Shown: positions 20,967 through 32,168 of the stretch, piece after piece
How positions within the stretch are numbered: the stretch's first letter is position 1
How the letters are laid out: every line of letters starts with the position of its first letter
DNA from: Abditibacterium sp.
GTDB lineage: Bacteria > Armatimonadota > Abditibacteriia > Abditibacteriales > Abditibacteriaceae
Direction of reading: 5' to 3'
DNA length: 64,000 nt
Assembly: GCA_965199495.1 (NCBI GenBank)
Contig: CBDASK010000003.1
Span: 4,000,001-4,064,000 of the forward strand
The notes under the pieces: model-generated
What the model saw: the letters and a program-made list of their open reading frames with translations, nothing else
The model's database searches: none
What the model was told of the DNA's origin: nothing
Made by a program: the position numbers and the translations under genes

Positions 20967-21890
20967 ATGAAACCTCTCATTCCCGCTCTGCTGATCGCGA
21001 CTTTCGCGCTTGCCACCGTCGCTCCCTCGCAAGCCGCTCCCAAAGGCCCCTCGGCCCGTGCGGCTGCCGCCTTGAAAAAGAATCCGCGCACCGAGTGGCT
21101 GGCGCACTATCTGCCCGACGACCGCTATAAAATCGCGGGCAAAGTCTGGAAATACGTTTCGACTAACCTCGATACCTACTATCACATTCCCAGCTCGCCC
21201 AACATGATGCGCCAGCCCAATTCTGGGGTTATCGGTTTTTCGTCGGCGCAGGAAGCCGAAGAAGCGGGTTATAAACCCGATCCGGGCGACGGCACGCTGG
21301 GACAGGTGCGCGGCGCCATCGAAGCCAAACAGTTCGAGATGGAAGAGCAATCGGCTGCGGCTGCGGGCGGTGGCGCCAAGCGCGCTTTCGTCAAACCGTC
21401 GGGCAAAGTGATTCTGGGCGATGGCCGCTCGACGATGACGGTGCCCGCCGGTTGGCAACGATTGCTCAGCGACAGCCAGAGCAAAAACGGCTCGACCTTT
21501 TCGATTGATCTGATGATGCACCCCGCCAGCAAAAAATCGGCGATCCTGTTCACCATGACGGTGCCCAACGTGGATGTCGGGCGCCAGTTGAGCAGTGGCA
21601 ATTTCGCCAACAATCTCAAGCGTTTTGGCACGGTGGCGAATTCGTCGGGCGAGGTCAGCAATTCGGGCGTCGGCAAAGTCGGCGACTGGATGAGTCAGGC
21701 CAAAGTCCGCCGCACGCGTTGGGGTGGCTTGAACGGCGTCGCCGTTTCGCCGCCCCCAAGCCTGGGCGCTAACACGGGCAATATGCTGATGGTCGGACGC
21801 GGCAACAAACTTTACGTGTTCCAGATGGCGGGCAAAGGAAAATCGCCCGCCAATACTTCGGAAATGATCAAAAGTTTTCAGGCGCGCTAA
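20967..21890 (+). CDS. Secreted hypothetical protein sharing its N-terminal domain with the upstream gene
   Basis: Signal peptide; WLAHYLPDDRYK...YVSTNLDTYYHIP...VIGFSSAQEAEEAGYKPDP. Confidence 0.7.
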   Translation: MKPLIPALLIATFALATVAPSQAAPKGPSARAAAALKKNPRTEWLAHYLPDDRYKIAGKVWKYVSTNLDTYYHIPSSPNMMRQPNSGVIGFSSAQEAEEAGYKPDPGDGTLGQVRGAIEAKQFEMEEQSAAAAGGGAKRAFVKPSGKVILGDGRSTMTVPAGWQRLLSDSQSKNGSTFSIDLMMHPASKKSAILFTMTVPNVDVGRQLSSGNFANNLKRFGTVANSSGEVSNSGVGKVGDWMSQAKVRRTRWGGLNGVAVSPPPSLGANTGNMLMVGRGNKLYVFQMAGKGKSPANTSEMIKSFQAR

Positions 21891-21909
21891 ACCAAAGATT
21901 AAGCCAAAT

Positions 21910-21946
21910 AAAAACGCCGCTTCCCGATGAAGGAAGCGGCGTTTTT
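21910..21946. terminator. Bidirectional Rho-independent terminator
   Basis: AAAAACGCCGCTTCC...GGAAGCGGCGTTTTT between convergent genes. Confidence 0.8.
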
Positions 21947-21968
21947 GTTTGGTCCAATCGCCGTGCTT

Positions 21969-22664
21969 CTACTTGCCACTGCCATAGCGCGCCTGAGTTT
22001 CGCGAGCGATGCCCACGACTTGTTCGACCAATTTATTGATGCCCGGCTCGCACTGCGCGGCGGTTTCACCCAGCATGAAAGCGGGTGTCGAAACGATGTT
22101 GTGAGTCGGATCGTAGCAGATTTGATCAACGCGCGTGTTCTGGTTTTTGGCGCCCATTTCCATCAAATCGTTGGCCACTTTCTCGTCCGAGCCAATGGTC
22201 AAAATCGGATGCGTGTCCGTGTCTCGTAGCGCCATAGCCACGACGACCGAAGCGATGCACATCGCGCCAATCGGCTTGCCCAACTTATTCATTTTAACGA
22301 TGAGGTTGCGCAATTCTTCGTTGACTTTGCCACGCGCGCCGTCGTTGGCGTAGGTGCATAAATTCTTGGTCGCGCCGTAGCCGCCAACTAAAATCAGCGC
22401 GTCCAAGTCCTGTTCCGAAACCGCGCTAATCGCCTGAATTTTGCCGCGCACAATACGCGCCGATTCGCTCAAGACCTCGCGCGTTTCCATGCGAGTTTCG
22501 GCGCCCGTGTAGTGATTGACGATTTCGGCTTGTTCGACATCGGGCGCCATCGCCAAAACCGATACGCCCGCTTTTTCCAGCGCCAAAATCGTCAGCACTG
22601 CTTCGTAAATTTCGCTGCCGTCCTGAACGCCGCAACCCGATAACACAACTCCAATTTTAATCAT
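21969..22664 (-). CDS. elbB: ElbB/ES1-like glyoxalase (DJ-1/PfpI superfamily)
   Basis: VVLSGCGVQDGSEIYEAV, ESARIVRG, GGYGATKNL, MCIA, STPAFM. Confidence 0.88.
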   Translation of the reverse strand: MIKIGVVLSGCGVQDGSEIYEAVLTILALEKAGVSVLAMAPDVEQAEIVNHYTGAETRMETREVLSESARIVRGKIQAISAVSEQDLDALILVGGYGATKNLCTYANDGARGKVNEELRNLIVKMNKLGKPIGAMCIASVVVAMALRDTDTHPILTIGSDEKVANDLMEMGAKNQNTRVDQICYDPTHNIVSTPAFMLGETAAQCEPGINKLVEQVVGIARETQARYGSGK

Positions 22665-22700
22665 TTTATTGCTCCTTAATTTGTGTAAATTTTAGACGTC

Positions 22701-23552
22701 CTAATCGACAAATTCCACATCAACGCGGTGCGGGATAATGCCCGCCTCGAAGCCGCGATCTAACAATAATTTTACAGCTTTGCGACCATCGTCGCCGTAA
22801 TCGAGCGTGCGCGCGTTGACATACATTCCGACGAATTCATCGGCCTGTTTTATGTCGGTTTCCAAACCGCGCGCGTATTGCATGGCGTATTCCAATGCTT
22901 CTTCGCGATGGTTGAGCGAGTATTCGATGCTCTGGCGCAACAATTGGGAAACGCGTTTTTGCAAATCGGGATCGAGGTCGCGCCGAATCGCGTTGCCGCC
23001 GAGCGGAAGCGGCAAACCGCCGGTTTGCTCGCCCCACCATTGCCCGAAGTCCGCCGCCAGATGCACGCCCTCGGCGCCATAGGTTAATTGTCCCTCGTGA
23101 ATCAGCACGCCTGCTGGCACCGCGCCAGCAGCCACGGCGGGCAAAATCTCGTCGAACGCCATCGCCTGAACCGGCGCGTCGGGCGCCCACAAACGCAAAG
23201 TTAAATAGGCGCTGGTGCGCGGGCCGGGGTGCGCGATGGTCAATTTCTTCGCTTCATCAACCGAAACTTTCTGGTGCGTCACCAAGCGCGGGCCATAACC
23301 CTTTTCGCCCGGCTCGCCCATCGAGGCGCCATGTCCCATCAGCGCATATTTGTCGGCCAAATAGGCGTAACCGTGAATGGACAGCGCCGTCACTTCGTAG
23401 GTGCCGTGAGCGGCGGCGTTATTGAGCGTTTCGATGTCTTTGAGGACGTGGTGAAATTCGATGTCGCCGGAATCAATTTTGCCTTCGGCGAGCGCGTAAT
23501 GCATGAACGCATCGTCCGAATCGGGCGAGTGCGCAACGGTAATCTGTGGCAT
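22701..23552 (-). CDS. mqnD: 1,4-dihydroxy-6-naphthoate synthase (futalosine pathway)
   Basis: AHSPDSDDAFM, DIETLN, LIHEGQLTY, LPLPLG, MYVN. Confidence 0.88.
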   Translation of the reverse strand: MPQITVAHSPDSDDAFMHYALAEGKIDSGDIEFHHVLKDIETLNNAAAHGTYEVTALSIHGYAYLADKYALMGHGASMGEPGEKGYGPRLVTHQKVSVDEAKKLTIAHPGPRTSAYLTLRLWAPDAPVQAMAFDEILPAVAAGAVPAGVLIHEGQLTYGAEGVHLAADFGQWWGEQTGGLPLPLGGNAIRRDLDPDLQKRVSQLLRQSIEYSLNHREEALEYAMQYARGLETDIKQADEFVGMYVNARTLDYGDDGRKAVKLLLDRGFEAGIIPHRVDVEFVD

Positions 23553-23588
23553 GAAGCCAAAGTTTAGGGCACGAAGCGGGCCAGACAA

Positions 23589-24765
<1,177 letters not shown>

Positions 24766-24768
24766 ATC

Positions 24769-25374
24769 ATGCAATCTCAAATTGAACAGACGACGGACGA
24801 AGCGACTTACGCACGTTTAGCCGAGGAATCGGAGACGCGGCTGGAATGGATCGGCGGGCAAATCGTGGCGATGGCGGGCGCTTCGTGGACGCACAATAAA
24901 CTTAGTACGCGCGCGGCTGGAGCGATTAATCGAGGCCTGGGCGATAGAGACTGCGAAGCGACCGTCGGTGATTTGAGGATTCGCGTCGTAGCCACAGCTG
25001 AAAACTTTTACCCCGATGTCGTTGTTGCGTGCGATGATGCCGAGTTTCATGAAACGTTGCCTCACACGTTATTAAACCCTGTTGTCGCAATCGAAGTTCT
25101 TTCGCCTTCGACCCAAAACTATGATCTCGCCGAAAAGCTCACGGCTTACCAGAGCATTCCGTCGTTGCAACATTATCTAATCATTTGGCAAGATCGTGTG
25201 CAGGTACGTCACTACGCGCGCGCCAGCGATGCGCGGTGGGATTATCAGGCTTATGTCTGGCGCAGCGAAAATGTGCGACTTGAATCGCTGAACGTCTCGA
25301 TTCCACTCGAAGAACTCTATCGCAACCTCAATGTGCCCGAAGGTTTAACACTCGTGCCGCTAACCCAAATTTAA
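24769..25374 (+). CDS. Uma2/DUF820 family endonuclease
   Basis: EWIGGQIVAMAGAS..H, YPDVVV, IEVLSPST, YQSIPSLQHYLII.Q. Confidence 0.9.
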   Translation: MQSQIEQTTDEATYARLAEESETRLEWIGGQIVAMAGASWTHNKLSTRAAGAINRGLGDRDCEATVGDLRIRVVATAENFYPDVVVACDDAEFHETLPHTLLNPVVAIEVLSPSTQNYDLAEKLTAYQSIPSLQHYLIIWQDRVQVRHYARASDARWDYQAYVWRSENVRLESLNVSIPLEELYRNLNVPEGLTLVPLTQI

Positions 25375-26246
25375 TGCGTAACCAAACTCCCGAAACGCCC
25401 AGTGCCGCGCAACGCGCGCAAATTATCTCCGAGGCTCTGCCTTCGATTCGCGCTCTGTCCGGCCAAACCGTCGTCATCAAATACGGCGGCGCCGCCATGC
25501 TCGACGACGACCTCAAAGCCGCCGTCATGGGCGACGTGGCTTTATTGCAATACGTCGGCATTCGTCCGATTGTAGTTCATGGCGGCGGCCCGGAAATCTC
25601 GAAAATGTCGCAGCAACTCGGCCTCGAAACCCAATTCGTGGATGGAATGCGCGTCACCGACGCCGAAACCATGCGCGTGACGGAAATGGTTTTGGGCCAA
25701 ATCGGCAAAGGCATCGCGCATTATCTGGGCGAAAAAGGCGCGCCCGCCGTTGGTCTGGCGGGCAAAGATGGCGGGCTTTTGCGCGCTCGCAAAATGGTAA
25801 GCGCAAACGATTACGGTTTGGTCGGCGAAATCGAAAACGTCAATATTGACGTGATTCGCGCGGTTCAGGACGGCGGCTTCGTGCCGGTCATTACGCCCGT
25901 CGCGCCGGGCGCCGATGGCCAGACTTATAACGTCAACGCCGATGTCGCCACGGCGGCGATTGCTCAAGCGTTGGGCGCCTCGAAACTGCTATTGCTCACC
26001 GACGTGGCTGGCGTTTACCGCGACTTTTCGGACAAATCGAGTTTGATCGCCGAAATGACGACGGCACAGGCCGACGAACTCATCGGCAGCGGCTCGCTTT
26101 CCAAGGGCATGATTCCCAAAGTCCAATGCTGCGTTGATGCCGTCAAAGGCGGCGTCACGCGCGCGCACATCGTGGACGGACGCGCGCCGCATTCGTTGTT
26201 AATTGAGTTGTTCACCGATGCGGGCGCGGGCACGATGATTTATTGA
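25374..26246 (+). CDS. argB: Acetylglutamate kinase
   Basis: VIKYGGAAM, VHGGGPEI, GMRVTD, YNVNAD, GMIPKV. Confidence 0.96.
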   Translation: MRNQTPETPSAAQRAQIISEALPSIRALSGQTVVIKYGGAAMLDDDLKAAVMGDVALLQYVGIRPIVVHGGGPEISKMSQQLGLETQFVDGMRVTDAETMRVTEMVLGQIGKGIAHYLGEKGAPAVGLAGKDGGLLRARKMVSANDYGLVGEIENVNIDVIRAVQDGGFVPVITPVAPGADGQTYNVNADVATAAIAQALGASKLLLLTDVAGVYRDFSDKSSLIAEMTTAQADELIGSGSLSKGMIPKVQCCVDAVKGGVTRAHIVDGRAPHSLLIELFTDAGAGTMIY

Positions 26247-26261
26247 TCTAAGTGCGGTAAT

Positions 26262-29200
26262 TTAAACTTTCAACTTCACCAACAAATCTTTCGCTTCGAC
26301 CGTCTCGCCAACAGCCACGGCGATTGACTCAATCGTGCCATCGCTGGGCGAATTGACGACCGTGAGCATTTTCATCGCTTCGATTGTCAGCAATTTATCG
26401 CCTTTGCTCACTTTCTTGCCGCTCGAAACCGCGATTTGCGTCACCATGCCGGGAATCGGCGCGCCGATTTCGGCGGCATTTGAAGCGTCGGCTTTGAGGC
26501 GCACTTTCTTTTCGCCCGCCAACGATTTGTCGTCCACCAACACGCTGCGCGCGATGCCGTTCAACTCGAAGTTGACCGCGCGATTGCCTTCCTTGTTCGC
26601 CTCGCCGATGTTGATGAGTTTGATAATCAGCGTTTTGCCCGCTTCAATCGAAACCGCGATCTCTTCGCCCGGCTGCAATCCGTAAAAATAGGCGGGCGTC
26701 GGCAAAACCGAAACGTCGCCGTAATTCTCGACAAACGCCGCGAAATCGCGCTGCACTTGCGGATACATCAAATGAGAATACAATGCGTCGTCATCAATTT
26801 CGTGATCTTGTTCGGCGCTGAGTTGCGCGCGCAACGCTTCCAAATCGAGCGGTTCCAAATCGGCGCCTGGACGGTGAACCAAAGGTTCTTCGCCGTTCAA
26901 AACGATGCGCTGCAATTCGAGTGGCCAGCCGCCAATCGGCTGGCCCAATCCGCCGCGCATCATGTCAATGACGCTTTCGGGAAACGAAATTTCGCCCGGT
27001 TCCAGCGCCAACACATCGCCCGCTTTCATGCCGCGCGAAACCAAAAACATCGTCATATCGCCGACGACTTTGCTCGATGGCGTAACTTTCACGATGTCGC
27101 CGAACAGTTGATTGACCTCGGCATAAGTGCGCGCAATTTCGCGCCAGCGATGGCCCAATCCCATGCCGTTGGCCTGTTCTTTGAGGTTGGTGAATTGTCC
27201 GCCGGGCATTTCGTGTTCGTAAACCTCGGCGGTTCCAGCGCGGTCGGTGGTGTTGAACGGCGTGTAAAACGGCAAAACCGCTTCCCAATAATCCGATAAT
27301 TCCTGCAACGCTTCCATATCTAACCCGGTATCGCGCGGCGTGTGCTGCAAGGCAGCCACGACGCTGTTCAAATTCGGCTGCGACGTGCCGCCGCTCATCG
27401 AAGCGAGCGCCAAATCCACCACATCTACGCCCGCGTCACTGGCGCGTAACACCGAAGCGGCGGATGTGCCCGACGTATCGTGCGTATGAAAATGAACCGG
27501 CAAACCGATTTCATTTCGCAGAGTTTCGACTAATTTAAAGGCGGCATACGGACGGCAAAGTCCGGCCATATCTTTGATCGCCAAAATATGCGCGCCGCGT
27601 TTTTCCAGTTGCTTCGCCATGTCCACATAATATTGCAACGGATATTTATCGCGCGCCGGGTCGAGAATATCGCCGGTATAGCAAATCGCCGCTTCGCAAA
27701 CCGCGCCGGTTTCGCCGATGGCGTCCATCGCGACTTTCAGGTTAGGCAAGTAATTCAACGAATCGAAAACGCGGAAAATATCAATGCCCGATTCCGCCGA
27801 ATGTTTGACGAAACCGCTCACGACGTTATCGGGATAATTGGAGTAGCCGACAGCGTTGGAGCCGCGAAACAGCATCTGAAAACAGATATTAGGAATCGCT
27901 TCGCGCAGCAACACCAAACGTTCCCACGGGTCTTCGCGCCCGAATCTCATCGAAGTATCGAAAGTCGCGCCGCCCCACATTTCGAGCGAGAACAGACCCG
28001 GCAAACGCGCGGCGATGGCATCAGCCACGCGCAGCATATCGTAGGTGCGCACGCGTGTGGCGAGCAACGATTGGTGCGCGTCGCGTAACGTCGTGTCGGT
28101 AACGAGCAATCGTTCGGTTTCGCGCGTCCACTGCGCGAATTTCGTCGGCCCCTCGCGGCGCAAACGTTGGCGCGTGCCGATTTCGTCGGTCGGCGCGGGC
28201 GGCGTGGCTGCTGGTGCCTTGACGGTTGCGAACGGTTTTTCCGGTTTCCAATTCTTCGCGTTGGCGTTGCCATTCACGATTACATCGCCCAGAAAATTGA
28301 GCAAACGCGTGGCGCGGTCGCGGCGCGGCGTAAATTCAAACAGTTCGGGCGAGGTATCAATCAACGTCGTCGTCGCTTCACCGGCGCGGAAAATCGGATG
28401 CTCGATGACGTTCTCGATAAACGGGATATTGGTCTTGACGCCGCGCACGCGAAACTCGCGTAGCGCCCGATCCAAACGCGAAATCGCCGTCTCAAATGTC
28501 GGCGCCGACGCGGTGACTTTCACCAACAGCGAATCGTAAAACGGCGTAATCACCGCGCCCGAATCGGCCATGCCGCCATCCAAACGAATGCCGAAACCGG
28601 CGGCGCTGCGATAGGCCAAAATTTTTCCGTAATCGGGCGCGAAGCCTTTTTCTGGGTCTTCGGTCGTGATGCGCGCCTGAATCGCGTAACCGTTGCGTGG
28701 AATGTTTTCTTGCGTCGGCAAACCCAATTCGGGCGAATTGAGGGCAAAACCCTGCGCCACCAAAATCTGACTTCTCACCAAGTCAATGCCGGTAATTTGC
28801 TCGGTGACGGTATGCTCGACCTGGATGCGCGGGTTCATTTCGATGAAGAACCATTCGCGCGCGTCCACATCCACCAAAAATTCGACGGTTCCAGCGTTAT
28901 CGTAGCCGATGCTCGCCGCCAAATCGCGCGCGGCCTCGCACATTTGCGCGCGCGTCGTCTCGTCCAAGTTCACGCTGGGCGCGATTTCGACGACTTTCTG
29001 ATGGCGCCGTTGCACGCTGCAATCGCGTTCGTAAAGGTGCAAAACGTTGCCATGACTGTCGCCCAAAATCTGCACTTCGATATGCTTGGCGCGCCCGACA
29101 TATCGCTCCAGAAAAACGCTGCTGTCGCCAAACGCGTTCTGCGCCTCGTTTTGCGCTTCGGCCAACAATGCGGGCAAATCTTCGGCTTTGTGAACCACGC

Positions 29201-29702
29201 GCATCCCGCGCCCGCCGCCTCCGGCTGCGGCTTTGATGATGAGCGGAAAACCAATCGTCGGCGCGATTTCGAGCGCCTCGTCGCGAGTAGCCACGGCGTC
29301 CGGCGTGCCGGGCAAAACGCGCACTCCGGCCTTTTGCGCGGCGGCGCGCGCGGCGACTTTATCGCCCATCATTTCCAATAATTCCGGGCGCGGCCCGACG
29401 AACGTCAAGCCCGCATCGGCGCAGGCGCGCGCGAAATTCGCGTTTTCGGACATAAAGCCGTAACCCGGATGCACCAAATCGGCGCCGCAATCGCGCGCGA
29501 TTTGAATCACGCCCGCAATATCGAGATACGCGCCGACCGGGCCTTTGGTGGAATCGAGTTCATAGGCTTCATCGGCTTTGAAGCGGTGCGTGCCAAAGCG
29601 ATCTTCGGCGGCATAGATGGCGACGGTGCGCAAGCCCAATTCGGTGGCGGCGCGAAAAACGCGAATCGCGATTTCGCTGCGGTTGGCGACGAGAAGTTTC
29701 AT
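26262..29702 (-). CDS. pyc: Pyruvate carboxylase
   Basis: LVANRSEIA, RDCSVQRRHQK, RDAHQSLLATR, KVTPSSKVVGD, biotinyl EAMKM; start at ATG 29702. Confidence 0.96.
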   Translation of the reverse strand: MKLLVANRSEIAIRVFRAATELGLRTVAIYAAEDRFGTHRFKADEAYELDSTKGPVGAYLDIAGVIQIARDCGADLVHPGYGFMSENANFARACADAGLTFVGPRPELLEMMGDKVAARAAAQKAGVRVLPGTPDAVATRDEALEIAPTIGFPLIIKAAAGGGGRGMRVVHKAEDLPALLAEAQNEAQNAFGDSSVFLERYVGRAKHIEVQILGDSHGNVLHLYERDCSVQRRHQKVVEIAPSVNLDETTRAQMCEAARDLAASIGYDNAGTVEFLVDVDAREWFFIEMNPRIQVEHTVTEQITGIDLVRSQILVAQGFALNSPELGLPTQENIPRNGYAIQARITTEDPEKGFAPDYGKILAYRSAAGFGIRLDGGMADSGAVITPFYDSLLVKVTASAPTFETAISRLDRALREFRVRGVKTNIPFIENVIEHPIFRAGEATTTLIDTSPELFEFTPRRDRATRLLNFLGDVIVNGNANAKNWKPEKPFATVKAPAATPPAPTDEIGTRQRLRREGPTKFAQWTRETERLLVTDTTLRDAHQSLLATRVRTYDMLRVADAIAARLPGLFSLEMWGGATFDTSMRFGREDPWERLVLLREAIPNICFQMLFRGSNAVGYSNYPDNVVSGFVKHSAESGIDIFRVFDSLNYLPNLKVAMDAIGETGAVCEAAICYTGDILDPARDKYPLQYYVDMAKQLEKRGAHILAIKDMAGLCRPYAAFKLVETLRNEIGLPVHFHTHDTSGTSAASVLRASDAGVDVVDLALASMSGGTSQPNLNSVVAALQHTPRDTGLDMEALQELSDYWEAVLPFYTPFNTTDRAGTAEVYEHEMPGGQFTNLKEQANGMGLGHRWREIARTYAEVNQLFGDIVKVTPSSKVVGDMTMFLVSRGMKAGDVLALEPGEISFPESVIDMMRGGLGQPIGGWPLELQRIVLNGEEPLVHRPGADLEPLDLEALRAQLSAEQDHEIDDDALYSHLMYPQVQRDFAAFVENYGDVSVLPTPAYFYGLQPGEEIAVSIEAGKTLIIKLINIGEANKEGNRAVNFELNGIARSVLVDDKSLAGEKKVRLKADASNAAEIGAPIPGMVTQIAVSSGKKVSKGDKLLTIEAMKMLTVVNSPSDGTIESIAVAVGETVEAKDLLVKLKV

Positions 29703-30002
29703 ATTTCGGGGGACGTAATAGATTTTAACTGAGGTTTGCTCGCGCGGGGCACAGTAGAACGCAAGGGGCAGATTATCGGAGAAACTGAACTGCAAACGAT
29801 GAAGATAGAACAGCTTTTAGCGCCTCACGAATATCATCCCGATTTTGCGCCGCAAATCGTGCGTGCCGACGAGCATTTCGTTTGGTGAAATGGACGCAAT
29901 CGTCAGGCGCTCACCGCGATTTTACAGTGGCCTCGCAGTGCAAACATTATACATGTTCGATTTGAAGACGATGCCACAAGCTTCGCACTTTCTACGCCTG
30001 CT

Positions 30003-30797
30003 ATGGGTAGTTTTTCTATACCTCATGATATGCCGTCTAAGAAGAGTTTGCGACGCTTACATAACGCAATTAGGGATGCGCGTTTATGGCGGCGATTCCC
30101 TTTTGATTCTGGCCACCCTGATTTGGATTGCACCGCGTTCGTGCGTAACGGTGGCGTGTGCCAATGGGTTGTCTACGACGCTGCTTTGGCGCGCCAACAA
30201 TATTACTCGCTCAGACTGCCGCAACGTTTTTTGATTGACGACGCTAATATCGCCGAGGATGCACCAGATATTTTACGCGCAAAAATTGCGTCGGCATTGC
30301 GTAATCCCCACAGTGACGCATCTTTTGCTCTTGGTTTGGCCATGCGAAAAGTCACGATGCGCAAATCTGATGAACCAACGCCGTGGAAAAAAGCGAATCG
30401 CGAGAGTTACGCGCCGATGCAAGAACTCTGGCGTTTGGTGTGCCGAGCGTATGGCGCGCCCGAAGCATTGAAGGGCGGCTCGCTGCTACGCACCTGCGGA
30501 TTTGCCATAGACGATTGGAAAAGTGCGCGCGTAGAAACATTTCCTGAATCCCTAACTTTGCAACTTTGGGGCAAAGCGTTGTTGCATTTCGCTCCTGATT
30601 CGCCGCGTCAAAAGTTGCCTTTGCAGCATCTCTGTATCCGCGATGCCATTGGAAGCGTCAATATGAATCTCGGCTGTTGGGCGCGCGAATTTTGGTCACT
30701 CACTTTTCACGAGCAATTGGAAGCGCGTCTCGAATTGCGCGATTGGGCCAGAGCTAATCTGCCAAACGACATTTTATGCGAATTGGAACAAATTTAA
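30003..30797 (+). CDS. Hypothetical protein, C-terminal 'TFHEQLEARLELRDWA' family
   Basis: 264-aa ORF; motif shared with the ORFs at 3778 and 12370. Start could be 30030. Confidence 0.6.
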   Translation: MGSFSIPHDMPSKKSLRRLHNAIRDARLWRRFPFDSGHPDLDCTAFVRNGGVCQWVVYDAALARQQYYSLRLPQRFLIDDANIAEDAPDILRAKIASALRNPHSDASFALGLAMRKVTMRKSDEPTPWKKANRESYAPMQELWRLVCRAYGAPEALKGGSLLRTCGFAIDDWKSARVETFPESLTLQLWGKALLHFAPDSPRQKLPLQHLCIRDAIGSVNMNLGCWAREFWSLTFHEQLEARLELRDWARANLPNDILCELEQI

Positions 30798-30805
30798 TGG
30801 CACGC

Positions 30806-31564
30806 TCACAGCAAATCTAATTTCGCCAACCGCCGCGCAAACATCTCCAAACCCGCCGAATGCGACGGCGTGCGCGTGTGTTCGATGATATTCGACAAAT
30901 AATCCTCGACAATCGCGGGCGAAAGCTGCGGCGGCAACGTTTCGGCGGCGACGAGTTGCGCGATATTCGCTTTGCCGTCGTCGCGCGCTTGATTGAGAAT
31001 TTGCGCGAGTTCGTCGCGGTTTTCCAATCCGTCGCGCGCAGCCCACGTTGCGAAGATGAACGATAAACCGGTGAACTCACGCCACTCGTTCGCCAAGTCG
31101 TAAACGTGCATTTTGCCCGGATTCTGCACCGCGATTAACGCCGGATCGCCGATTAACAACGCGGCGTCGGCGGCGCGCAGCATCGCAGCCACGTCGGGCG
31201 CGTGATGAATCAATCGCGGATTTAAATGGTAAAAATCGCGCGCGATGACCTGCGTTAAAGCCACGCTCGAATGCGAACTGGTATCGAGTGCGATGGATTG
31301 GACGTTTTCGATTTCGACGTTGGAAAACAGCATCACCGAACGGACGCGGCCCGTCGCGCCAACGATGGCATCGCCCAATAATCCGTCGCCGACACCGCGC
31401 AGATGGTCAACGACTGGCATGAGCGCGGCGTCGTAAATTCCGTTTGTTAAACCTTCGGCCAAACGCGCGGGCAGGGCAGGAATAATACAAATATCATCGC
31501 GCTCGCGTAAAGTCGCGTAGAGCGGGAGCGCGTTGAGAAAAGAGACGACGCCTAATCGGAACAT
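30806..31564 (-). CDS. mqnA: Chorismate dehydratase (futalosine pathway)
   Basis: LGVVSFLNALP, VRSVMLFS, SHSSVAL, LLIGDPAL, DLANEWREFTGL.F.FA.W. Confidence 0.9.
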   Translation of the reverse strand: MFRLGVVSFLNALPLYATLRERDDICIIPALPARLAEGLTNGIYDAALMPVVDHLRGVGDGLLGDAIVGATGRVRSVMLFSNVEIENVQSIALDTSSHSSVALTQVIARDFYHLNPRLIHHAPDVAAMLRAADAALLIGDPALIAVQNPGKMHVYDLANEWREFTGLSFIFATWAARDGLENRDELAQILNQARDDGKANIAQLVAAETLPPQLSPAIVEDYLSNIIEHTRTPSHSAGLEMFARRLAKLDLL

Positions 31565-31585
31565 GGAATAAATTACTGACGCACG

Positions 31586-31732
31586 AAAAAGCGCGCCGAC
31601 ATCGGTTGGCGCGCTTGCGATTTTCGGATAACTAATCCGCGTTTTCCGCTTCCTGCGTTGGCTTGGCCTTCGCCGTGGCTGCTCTTTTGGCCGGAGCTTT
31701 CTTCGCGGCTTTGGGCGCGGACTCGTTGGCCC
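31586..31732 (-). repeat. Diverged duplicate of the topA 3' end and its terminator
   Basis: Minus strand encodes ANESAPKAAKKAPAKRAATAKAKPTQEAENAD*, followed by the same GCGCGCC..GGCGCGC-TTTTT hairpin as 32560-32590. Confidence 0.85.
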
Positions 31733-31758
31733 GCACCGAACGCTTCGTTATTTGGCGC

Positions 31759-32168
31759 TCACAGATTTTCTATGTCACTGGTCAGTTGTTGCATCTGGCG
31801 TTTTAGCGCGACAAGTTCTGCTTTGAGTCGAGCATTTTCTGCGGCTTCTCCCGCGTAATCGGATTGGCGGCGGCGGCGTTCGAGTTGGGGCGGGCGGTTG
31901 AGACGCAATCGTTCGATCCACAAAACGCCTTCGGGCATTAATCCTTCGAGAGTGCCATCTTGAAGTGCGCGAATGCGCAATGTTAAATTATCGGTTCGCG
32001 GGTGCAAAAAGCGTAAACCAAATTCTCCAATTCATCGGAGCCGCCTTGCGAGCGAGGTTGGAAGTGATCGAGAGTCAGCGCCGCTCCGACTGCGTCTTCT
32101 CGCACGCCACAATAACCGCAACAAAAGTCGAAGCCCTCGCGCACACTTTCGCGCACATCGCGTCGCAT
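31759..32168 (-). pseudogene. HNH endonuclease with internal deletion and frameshift
   Basis: CGYCG...LDHFQPRSQGGSDELENLVYA, then a jump into another frame LHPRTD...LRLNRP; the CxxCN segment is missing. Confidence 0.8.

Noticed and set aside
31983..32010. Programmed frameshift in the HNH gene at the T-run
   Set aside because: A frameshift would still give a protein lacking the CxxCN half of the HNH site; deletion explains it better.
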